Below, in pieces: positions 12,378-23,900 of a stretch of 64,000 nucleotides of DNA. The notes below the pieces were generated by a model that did not search any database, was not told the DNA's origin, and saw only the letters and a program-made list of their open reading frames with translations. Position 1 is the stretch's first letter. The number at the start of each line of letters is the position of its first letter. This DNA comes from Marsupella aquatica (Eukaryota > Plantae > Marchantiophyta), in NCBI GenBank assembly GCA_973895155.1, contig OZ316898.1:8233079-8297078 (forward strand). The letters are read 5' to 3'. A program made the translations under genes and the position numbers.

Positions 12378-13834
12378 ATAAAAACACAATACAGACTCCA
12401 GTGTCTCTTAACCGGGTGGTTTGAAGTTCGATTGTGATGTGTCACAAAGTGTATTCGGCTATTGGTGTCATGAAATCTTGCTTGAATGGGCGCACATTAT
12501 CTTTAAACCTTGCACCTAAACTCTGTAAGAACGTGCCTCGGTCGACGTGACCATAAAGTTCAAATTCCCTATATAGGCCTTGGTTATATCTAGACTGATA
12601 AATCGATTAGTGGACCCTGCAGTCGAGGAAAAATTGTGCTCGTCGTTAGTCCAGCTTTAGGAGTCTCTGTTGGAGAACCAAGATCTACAAGCGCAATCGA
12701 AGTTGATGAATTTCATCTTGGATGGTCCTTAGAGGGAAGTTCAGTATGAATTTGTCAACTCGTCCCCTTTCCAAAGTGAGACGAAAACCCTCTCCCAACT
12801 CACTCAGAAGTTGGGTTCAGCAGGTATGTGAGCATTGGTTTGGTGCGTCGAAAAATTGTATTTGCAGTATTTACCTTCTGGATATACACCTTGAGGTGCC
12901 TTGAGGGAGAAGGCTTTCAATCGTCGACGTCATGTGATGCCGGTGTAGGGACCCAAAATGGGACAATCGTGCAAGTTGCAGGCGAGCGTGGAAGTTGGAG
13001 ATGTTTGACGCCAATCCAAAATGTGAATTGAAAATGAATGTAATTGAGGTTGGGAAGAGACCCAGGGCGAAACTTGAATCAGTATGCAGGGTAAGCAAAT
13101 CATCCGAGGGGCAATCAAAATTGGAGACAGGGAACCATGAGGTTGGAGCCATGGTTGGAGCCTGTTTCGCGCAACATCCTTTTTATCGTCCCTTGCTCAA
13201 AGTGGGACTCGAATTTCTAGAGAAGTGAAGGAATACCCACATCATAATAGGTCGAGATCCAGGTTCGATTTAGAGGTTGTGTAAATAATACTCGCGTCCG
13301 CTCATGAAAACCCATTCTCGTTCTAGTCCGCTCATGAAACCCTTCCTAATCTATTTGTAGAAGAAAATTGACACGCACAGAATTTAGACAACCAAGCTAT
13401 CGAAGTCATGGTTAGGAGACCCAATAATTCTCAACTGCCAAGTCTCCAATGTTCATCTCTGAGGCGTTGTAAACTATACTTGTGTGATAAAGTTGCTTCA
13501 GCAGGGTTGCATCTGTTACAAATACATGACTTGGAATGTCAAATGAACGAACTACAGTCGGTCTCGACTCTCGACATTCTGGACTAGTCGGATCATCCTT
13601 CAGTTTCAAAAATACAAACTAACTTTTGAAATGATCCTAACGACACCTATATAAGTAGTTGAAGTCTTTCTGTAATCTTCCCACCCTAAAGATTCGAGAG
13701 TACAAGTCAACTTTGATTACAATCCTGAGCGGGTTAAAATACAGCACTATGATGTCCTGATGGCAAGCATCTAGAAATGGTTGAAGTGTCCGAAATTTGA
13801 TTGAAACACTTAGTCACCGGTCCGGAACACTAGA

Positions 13835-16293
13835 TCACGTTGAAGCAACTGGGGGCTGTTGGTTTGTTGACGACATGACTGACGAGTCGATGCTTAGTCT
13901 GTCCCGCTTTATTTGCTGTTTAGTTCGCTTATGTGGGAGAGTCAAATCTGGATTTCGGCGCTTGTTGGGCAGTAGTCTGTGCTCCACTTCTTGAGGCGAA
14001 CTATGAGTGACATTAGGTAACTGCTGCACAGCACCATTCCCGGTAACCATTATTCCCGGCTCCCCCAATGACGAGTGAGTACTACCATGTAAGGCTGCTT
14101 GATCTTCTCCCTGGCGTATACTTTCCGCAGATTGGGAAGCCCATTGTCTCTGTTCATGCTCTTCATGCCCGCCCTGAGAGACGGGGCTCGCTAGTTTTCC
14201 TCCAGCTTGAGATAGTTGAGGACAAACCCCAGGCAAAGGCCTTGGAATAGCAAAAGAAAATTGATCCATAGTAGTTTTCGGGGGAACACTGTCAGGGTGC
14301 TTCGCGATGTATCTGCAAACCACAGATGTCCACTTTGATAAGTCAATTCGAAAATTTTAGGACATTCCACATGGATTCCGTTCTACATCTCACTCTGATG
14401 AAACTAGCACCTTCACCGTGTTCCCCAAAAAACCTATTACAGTGTAGCAAATTTCGTAAATATCCCGAAGTCAGCCGGACGAGAGTAGTGTCCTATTATT
14501 TCCCTTCAACATAGAGCTTCACACTAGAGCTTCACCCTTCATAGCGAAAAAAGCTGATTGGTTATCTAGTTCGCCCTGCTTTTGACAACGATTTTGACAG
14601 ATAAGCAGCTTTGAAATGGTTAAGCTGGTATCTAAGGGAATGCCCATTTCCCTCGTGACAGTAGACCCTGCAGAATGCGGGGTCCTAGTATGACTCGATA
14701 ACTGCTGGCACTTGACTGACAACGAAATTTGAGACCCACGTCGGGATCCTGGTACAACTATAGTGGACAACTGATATAGATTAGAGCAACAGCGGGCTCA
14801 CTTCTCAATTTCAACCTTTGATCGAAGTCTTTCTCCACTGGGTGTAGCATAGTACCTGCCAAAATACACACACCATTGTTTCAGCCAAGCCATGTACTGG
14901 ACCGACGTATGCATCTTCTGTGGGTTTGTGTCATATGTTTGCATTCTGTACAACGTCTGTGGGCATCTGTGGGCCAGAATTTGTATGCAATCATATGACA
15001 CACCTAATCTACACTGTATTCATGACACAGCCCCTCACAACTACTACCAAAGGACGGGTTATATGGGTTGAAACTAAAGACTGATTACCACGTGAAGGGA
15101 TGTTTCGGGCTAACGTTAGTGGCCGGCCAACTCTATAACGGGAAACCGAGACAACATCTCACGAAGACAATGAGTCAAGAGTGGAGAGAATAGATCTGAG
15201 AGCATACACATCAGCGAACTTTGATGACCCGTCTGTTCGAACTGTAATTTGTCGTTCCCAACCAGCTGGAGCAGATGGAAGATTGGGTTTGTCTATGGCC
15301 CACAACATATTCCGATCCTGTTCAATATCCGCTGGGAGATCACAATTCGACTCTGACCGCCATGAGGATGCACTCTCGCACACCCAAGGATTCTCAAGAA
15401 TATGCTCCCGAATTGTCTCATAATGCGCTTTGGTGGGGATTATTCTCCACTTCAAGCACCGTGCACATTGCACTGCATGAAGGGTCACAGCTGCCGATGT
15501 CCACCTAGGTGCTTTTTCTTCTGATGTAACCACGGAGTCTCTCATCTCTGAGGAGCCTCTTCTCAGGTTAAATGCTAGCAGAGAAGGAACGACAGTAACT
15601 CCTTGCTCACGTGCAACTGTCTTCAAGCTGCAGAGCACAGGACACAGACACAACAAGTGCATTCAAGGACCCTCTTTACAAAATCATTACCATGAACGCC
15701 AAATACTAGGCAAGAGCTCACTAATGCCCTGCGTAGACATCGAATTCAGGAGGGTCTAAGAGGTCAATAGACATCGCGAAGCACCCCATACAGGAGTTCC
15801 TCAACACTGGACAGTCTGTCAGTGCTCTGTATCTAGCACTTGATTCCACAAATGTACAAGCGAGAAAGAAACAATTCTGTCATTTTCCTCACAATTGTCG
15901 GCACAGTCACAACAAATGACGGGTGCTCTTTCGTTTCTTTAAGCACTATAGCCTTCACATTGCAATGGAGCTGGGTAACAGGTGGGATAAACTAGTCTCA
16001 TTCCGCAACCTTTCCGCGGAGTAAATAGACATTTCATGTCGGTCATGGTCAGACCTTCATCTCCCATTGGATAATTTTAATCCCCCCGCAAACCAACTGC
16101 AAGCCGCCTTCTTGCCGAATGCTCTTCAATTACACGTCTTAAATTTATGAAGGTCTGCCAATCTAGTGGGTTCCCTATCAGAACAGATAGCCCGGGTGCA
16201 TTACCGGGCAACAAAATGCAGGGCAGATACTTGCGACGGCGACGAGCTTTACGTCTTCACGTCGTCAATAAAGTACCTGGGCAGAAGTCTCAT
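13835..16293 (-). CDS. MBD: zf-CW plus methyl-CpG-binding domain protein (plant MBD1/2/4/12 class); exons 16293-16277, 15627-15208, 14855-14802, 14312-13835 (322 aa; alternative start ATG 15545)
   Basis: CW finger VQCARCLKWR...WVC...C, linker LWAIDKPNLP, MBD PAGWERQITVR...FADVYYATPSGERLRSKVEIEKYI...FSFAIPRPL and a basic C-terminal NLS-like patch. The GT-AG introns keep frame (969 nt). Confidence 0.9.
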
Positions 16294-17860
16294 GACAAAC
16301 AGCCTGCACTTTGAAGATGAAGGACGGTGGCGATGCCTCTCTGTCTACTTGTCTTGAAGCCTAAAGGCAAGGGTGGATAAGGTATTTGCAAATTCGCATC
16401 CCAACCTTCCTTCTTATCAGACGTTCGTCTCTCAGGTGACTTGAAAGGAAGAAATATACCGTCACCATCGAAAAGAGAATATTTCTGATAGAAGTTATTG
16501 CTCGATTTCTTACTTCCTTTCTTCCTTGCAGCCTTGCTATTCACTTCCAAAAATAATCGAACAGATCGACAATGCCATGGTAAAGCATCTCTGACGTCCT
16601 CAAAATGCCAACCCTCTGTTCCTTTAGATGCCAGCGGACCGGCCAGTTGATCAATCGTAAGACAAGACAGGTGAAGAAATCGACAGAAATGACAGTAGCG
16701 CGGAAGGGAGCGGGGCAGCAGGATTTCCTAGCGTGAGGGTTCGACAACTTGTCATTATGTTGTTGCCGATCAGAACTAACTTCCGCCAACAAACTCAACA
16801 ACTACAAGATAAGTTTCCTCCATTGATACGTTAAGCCCGTGTTCTCAATTGAGCCGGCCTACCTCGGTTCAAACCATTTCACATTCTTATCTCCGTCAAC
16901 TCACCTATCTTTTTCGTCAAATCAATAAGCTCGGCTTCTTCCTCATCGAAATCGTTCTCTCGTCTTGCGTCTCCTGCTCCACAGATTGCATTGTCGCAAC
17001 CTTCATCAGCATCAGTATCAGCATCGCCACCACATCCCAATTGACCAAAGTTCAGTACTTCCCCCCTACTCCACTACTCTATTCTCTTCGGACGATTGAA
17101 ACGCCTCCCTCTTCCTCTGCCCTCCGCTTGATTCGGCAGCGGAAATTGCCGGTTCTTCCGCCCCGTTCCAAACACACACTCACACACCAACGAGACACTA
17201 TCTACCCCGAAGTGTAGAATCATTTCCTCCCTAGATACTCCTCCTCCTCCTCCTCCTGATCGCTCCTTCAGACCTCCCCCTCCGTCCGTCCGTCCGACCG
17301 TTCCTGCCGAACACAACTCCCCGCTGACCGCTCCGCTTCTTCCTCGACCAGATTACAAATCAATTCACCCAAACGGCATTCGGATCGTCTTTTCTTTGTT
17401 CCCTCTTTCCTCCTTTCTTTCTTTCTTCTTTCTTCTCCCCAACCGTGCCTTCCAATTATACCCCTGCGAATGTACAAAAGGACACCGACCCACAATCCCT
17501 CCACTGTTCTACAGCATGCTGTTCCTTGTTCGTTCGTTCGTTTGTTTTGTTTGTTTGTATCCTTTTCTGCTGACCTGACTTGGTCTCACCCAACCTGACG
17601 CCCCTCCTCACACGGACACTCGACGACGATTCTCCTTCTCCTTCGCCTTGCGATCGATCCAAGCGCTCCTCGACCCTGTCTCCTGTCTCATCAGCAGCAA
17701 CATTGGTGTATCCCGATCCAGCACATTCCAATTCTGCAGCATCACCGTGCCTTCCTTCGTACTTTCCAGCCGCTCTCTAATTCTTCGACCATCTCGTTTC
17801 TCTCGTTTTCGTCTTCTTTTCTCCATTCCTCTTCTCTTCGGCTTTTCTCACACTCGGGCT
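16294..17860 (-). other. Predicted long 5' leader of the MBD gene with a 103-nt intron (16904-16802) and several uORFs
   Basis: Minus-strand donor AG|GTGAGT at 16905/16904 and acceptor TTGTAG| at 16802. The GA-rich SSR sequence up to ~17860 is typical of leaders. The TSS is inferred. Confidence 0.5.
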
Positions 17861-19777
17861 TAACTTTTACCGCGGGCGTTCATTTTACTCATTTCGGTTA
17901 CACTGTACGCGACTACGCGTAATGATGGCTGCCGTAAATATCATTGTCCAAATGTTTCCGGCAAAACGCCGGATACCTGGCCTGTAAAAACTGGCAGATC
18001 GCAGAGTTCCGCACAAGTAAAATAACGCCGCGACGGAGCAAGAAGGTACAAATGTAATTACCCGTGTACACGTGTCAGTTATCGTGTGGGTGCACTGTCG
18101 TGGGTAGATTGTTGGGTGTGAAAGTTACCGGCCAGGATGTAACATCATATAACGAATTAACGACGGTTTGCATGAGTCAATGAACGTAAGGTTTCTCTGG
18201 GCTTGGTTTGTTGAGTTATATTATACGGCTTGCTTAATTATATGGACCTGATTTTTGAGGCTGCTATATGGTGACGTTTCCCAAAACCATATCGTCTAGA
18301 GTAATTTTCGTGCAGCTTTAGTCCACACAAATAATTCTTGTCTATTTTCAATTTTCCCCCTTTAAAAAATATTTAAGTTTTACATTATGCCCAAAATAAA
18401 CAACATAGGAAAACATATTCCAGGGCAATAAGTATAAAATTAACCACCATAAAAAAATTCCAGAACGACACCTACTAAACCTTCAAAGCAAAGGAACCTA
18501 ATGTTTTGCATATGCACACTTTCCATAGTGCCAACCTTCTTTCCTTTCCATTAGCTTTCCACAACCCCCCTCCCACCCAACAAAAAATTTTTAAAAATAT
18601 TATACCTTGCATACATTTGTTATCCTCTAAAAAACTCTCCTCTGTAAATTTATCTAGTCATTAACTATGAGAAAAACCTCCATGAAAGAAAGTGGCATGT
18701 GTGATGACATATAGGTCATTTTAATCATTTTGGCAAAAGACTTATTAAATTGTCAATGAAAATATATGCAAAATATATAGTTGTCATCACGTGATTGGTG
18801 GGGATTGGTGCCAAGCCTTTGCACGTAATGTAGGGATCTTTATATAGTGAGCCTGCAAATGCTAACCCATATATTTTTTATAATAAACCCAAAAGACCTA
18901 ACCAATTTTGTTTAAGCTCCTACTACCATTTGGAAATGTAGATGACTCACGTTCCTTTCTCAAGCCCAACCAGGGTATCTAGTTATGTATTTTATCTTGA
19001 TGGACATGAGCACCAATCTAACTCTGATACTCAATTCAAAAATGTTATCCGCCACAGAAGCTTTCACCTTGTCCCGCATTGTGAGTCTTGCCTTTTGCTT
19101 TAAAAAAGCAATGTTAGTTTTGCACAAAATTCTCTAGCCTCACAAAAGTGTTTTTGTGAATCTGTCTTGCATATGTGAACACAACTCAAAAAGGTAAATG
19201 GGATATATCAGCTGTTTTTACTATGAAATCCCATTTTGGAAGGGACCGACACAATACACAGCTTTACCTAAGCCGTGCCTCCCGATAGCCCGAAAACGGT
19301 TTTTCCCCAGCTGGGTCTGGTCCGTGCAATACCCACCTTTGAAAAATGGAGACAAGAAAATCATGTGATCCTAGGCTCAAGGCTATATCCCGAAATGGAA
19401 AGCATTTGAAGGGACAAATACATATGTAAAGACTTTTGTGATTTTTCTCTTTGTATTTTTGAGTGCATCAATGCCCCTTGCAACCTCCCTTCTTTGGAGG
19501 AAGGCATTATGTGAAGTATCACCAAAATAGCAAAGGTAAAACCCAAATATAGTGTTACCAAATAAAATAGCATAATAACTTCTATCAAAATCACAAGATT
19601 TATTTTTAACTTCTTTCATGCCTTTGGCCAATTGCAGGCTTTTTGGCTTGGATTGTCTATTTAGAGATTCATTTTTTCTTGTGTCTTATCAAGAAATCAC
19701 TCAAGTTTTTAGGTACATGAATATCTTAGTTACTGCATTTATGAAAATAATGTACTCAAAACTTGGGCTGCCGCCAT

Positions 19778-20028
19778 CGTTTTGCATGGTATTTATACCC
19801 TCTAACCATGACAATTCTACTATTCATAAGGTACACTAAGAGCAAGTACGGTACTGGTGATGGATGACCGGGTCCACCGGTTCCCAATACATACCACTAC
19901 CCCGCCCTCGTTTTGCATGGTATTTATACCCTCTAACCATGACACATTATCCTATTGATAAGGTACACGCAAGTACAGTACTGGTGATGGATGACCGGGT
20001 CCACCGGTTCCCAATACATACCACTACC
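19778..20028. repeat. Tandem duplication of a ~127-bp unit upstream of MUS81
   Basis: CGTTTTGCATGGTATTTATACCCTCTAACCATGACA...GTACTGGTGATGGATGACCGGGTCCACCGGTTCCCAATACATACCACTACC occurs twice in succession. Confidence 0.9.
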
Positions 20029-20034
20029 GGAAAA

Positions 20035-20042
20035 ATTGGCGC
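20035..20042 (+). promoter_or_regulatory. Candidate E2F site ATTGGCGC just upstream of the presumed MUS81 TSS
   Basis: Matches the plant E2F consensus WTTSSCSS. It lies before the GC-rich leader of a DNA-repair gene. The motif is short and could be chance. Confidence 0.35.
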
Positions 20043-20924
20043 GGTGGGAGCGTCCACCAAAAACCCATCCGCACAAATTCAAACCACAGCTTCCTTTGCC
20101 AGCTTCCTTTGCTCTCTGGCAAAGCTCGAGCAAAACTCCTCCTCCACAGCCGCGATGGAGGATAGAGTTTGGGGTTTAGGGAGCCGTTCGGAGGTTCTCG
20201 AGAGCTGGAACTCTGGGGGGTGAGCGTGTTGGCACTGCCATCAGCACAGAGGCTTACTAAGTGTGTTGTTCGATGTGGGAACGAGTCCTAACATCAAGCC
20301 TTTCGGAAGCTTTTGAGAGCTGGAAATTCGAGAGTTGAGCAGCTTGGAAATAGGCATCATCAAAGGGTCTTGTGAGGTGTGTCGAAAGCGTTTGCGAATT
20401 TGAGCAGCGTATTGTTTGTCCCCCGGGCGCAACGAGGCAGTGAGGATTCTGATTACACTTGCGAGCTTGGGAGCTTGGGAGATGGTCTGCTTTGAGACAC
20501 CTTCGTTCCATCGTTGCGAGAGTGGTGATGAGAAGCTCATGATCTGAAGCTTTCCTGAAGGAGTACGGTTTATAATCGTCGTTAGGTAGCAATAAGGTCG
20601 CGGTTCTTTGTGGACTCTGTGAATGAGTCGCTTTGACTGAACTACATGAGATAGCCGGAGGCTAGCAAGGAATCTCATTCTCATAGTGGCCAAATGAATT
20701 TGATGGAAGACGTAGGAATTTGATAAACAGGTGAGCCGTTGTCGCATGCCATTCTCGGCGTCAGATGTTCGTGGTGCCAGTGCTTGAACCTAGGTTTGCT
20801 GTAAATGAAGCATGAACAGCTCCGAGACTAGTGTAAGGAACAATTTGACTTCTCTGGTCAGGATTGTGATGAGCGCTGTGGCCTCTAATTTACTGTGAAC
20901 GATTTGGCTTCATCGGGCAGCATC

Positions 20925-23900
20925 ATGAGTGAGCGAGTGAGTGAGCCTTCACGGACTGTTTTAGTCGGAGACAATGAACCGTTAGTGGATCTCTTGCGTG
21001 CAAAACGGGAGGAATTACTGGCTTCAGCCAACCTCTTGCGTGAAAAGGGGGAAATAAAACGGGCAGATGGCAAACTGAAATACCTTGCGTCTATCGATAA
21101 AGCCTGGTACAGTGTTTGTGACCACCGAACTGCCATCACCACACCCCAGGAAGCCAAGAAATTGAAGTACGATTTTCTCGACTCTTATCCGCTACACTCG
21201 ATGAAACGTTTTCATGATTTTGTCAAGTTTGCAATTCGTTGGATGCGTGTCGCCGTAAGTGTATAACTCTGAAGACCGAAAACATTCTCTGTCCCTCTTT
21301 GTGGCAGAAACGTTGGCAACTGGATAGTAGGTGTCCTTAACCCATTTTTCGAAGAGAGAATCCGTGCTCCAACTCAACAGACTGTATCACAACCTTCAGG
21401 CAAGTTCTTCCCGAATTCCCGAACTACTCTGTCTGATCTCGTCATTTTAGCAACGTAGCGTTCAAGTCCGGGTTGATTCAACCTCTGAACCATAGTAGGA
21501 TAGGAACAGCCAAGTCTCTGTAGAGAGACGCTTAATCACACTCCAATTATTGCTCTAAGGTCCGCCATCTCGCCATTTCTGCTAAGTCGACCAGTTTGCG
21601 TCAACATTGGCTTTGAACTTCTAAGAACGGTTTCGTCTTAACAGGCGCAAACATGACGGGAGCGAATGGGAAGGCAAAAAAGAGGTACATCCCTGCGAAA
21701 AATTCTGGTGGATACGCCCTACTGATTACTTTACTGAGGTAAGCACCCAATATGTTATGTGAGTTCGACATCTACTACAGCATTGTGTGTATGTTTCATT
21801 CGTATTCTTGCATCCCTACTAAAAGCCCTCTACTGGCACCTGGGGAGGTTCTTAACAAGCTCGTAAGCGTTTGAATCAGTGACGGCAAAACTAAGGAGCG
21901 CTTGATTTGTTCAAATTAACAACCGTGGACAACAGAACGTTTATATATTATTTAGAATCTAATCGGAGATTGTCTCTATCACTCTGCCCTTGTGCAGGGC
22001 ATGTCAAAATAGGAGGAAGTTTATGATGAAAAATGAGCTTATTGACGAAGCCGATAAGAGTGGCCTGTCGACTAAGCCTATCAGGTAACCTCTGAGTTCT
22101 TACACTATGGCACGGAATATTTTGGGACGGCAGAATATCTCTCATCGATACACCCTCTTTGAATGACTCATTTGTGATATACGAACCTTGAGTTCCTTTA
22201 GATGATCTGACATTGATGAATTTTCTTTCCATCAGAGACAGTGGCCTACCCTGGACTGGAGGACAGCCAAACCCGAAAGAATTTTACTGTGGCTGGAGTA
22301 GTATGGGAACGCTCATTCGGAAGGCTCTGGTGGTGAAAACTAGTAATCCTGCAAAGTGAGTAAATCTTTATTTTCAATAAAACAGACTGGTAAGTCTTGC
22401 CGTTGAAATGTCCTCACGCTCTTTCGTCATATGGCAACGGTTAGGTGTTTTGACTGCGAAGTTGAGAAGATTGCTGATCCAGATTAACCAATTGGAGAAA
22501 TGTATCTGTGAGGTCTGTACATTTTGAATTTCCCTTAGGTATTTGGAATGTCCAACCCCCATGAGTACACAAGTCAGTCCCGTGCCTCCCCCGTATATCA
22601 CGAGGAATATGTGGGGTAGAACCTCAAGATTGAGATTTTAGTGAACTGATTCCTAAATAATATCTCACAATTCTACACAAGCTGACTCACAGGAAGGCGT
22701 TGTTTTGCCAAACTTTTCATGCAAGGTTCCCTCTCATCAGGTTGCTCCCTTTGCAGGTACATGCTTACGGATGAAGGAAGATCAGTCGCACAACAATGTA
22801 TGGATAGAGGTGGCCTGGGCCCAGGTAACTGTTCTGGGCATGAAATAGCAAGAGAAGAGGAACGGAGAGTAAGTCCTGTTCGACAAGAAAGTGGTGAGCA
22901 TTGTTTTGGAACGCAAGAGTTCTCATCCTCTGAAGACGTGCAAGAGATTCGCAGATCTGATCTCAATTCTCAAGCCAAACGAAGACGGAGACACAATTCC
23001 CAAATCTCAAGTTCACCGACCGAGGTAGGGGTTTACGACCTTACCTCTACACCCGTTATCAAATAAATATCTTCCCCGCGCAGTTGATGAAATTCATTAA
23101 CTGGTTAGGTTGCTGATTTCAGCTGTTGAACCAGAAACCGTTGTTGTGGTTTTTCTCGTTGTGACCTCTAGTGTTAGTTGGATCCATCAGTGTTATTTGT
23201 TCATGGATCTGTAATGAATTGATGATTGGAGTGCAGGAGCTTACAGCCAATAATGCCAACACGGACTTGTTGAGAAACAATTATGGTCATTATTCTATGT
23301 CAGCATCACGCGGTATGGTTCAGAACCGCGACACGAGTGGCTAGTGAAGGCATACAGAACTAACTAGACACTTAAGCACTTTCCCAATTTTAACAGTCTT
23401 GATAAATTAGGAAAAACAAAAATAATAAAGAAAACCGTCTTGACAATAGGTCTACCCTACTACAATCGCTCGTAATATGTCAAAATAAGGTTTTTCATTT
23501 AGGAAGGAGACATGATGATCAGGTATCCTCCTTTTCTGCTCCCTAATTACCCGGTGTTATTACTTTCTTGCTATGACAACAGTTGAAACAGGCTTAGTCG
23601 ATCCTGACTTTGAACTTGCCGTGCCACCGTTGGAAGCTGGAGAGAAATTTTCTGACGTTTATGAAATCATTTGCATCCTGGATAATCGAGAACAGTTCAG
23701 GAGGACAACGTATGTCTAGTCTTGAAATATGTGCTTTTTACAACCTGGAATGGGGATTGCAATGACTCTTTCCTCGCGTATTCCATCTTTACATCTTTTG
23801 AATCCACGCCGAACATGTTGAAATAGTTGCTCTTCTTCCATTGAGAATAACTCATTTTACTTCTCAATATGTTTGATCTTCGAGTCATGAATGACTTTAG

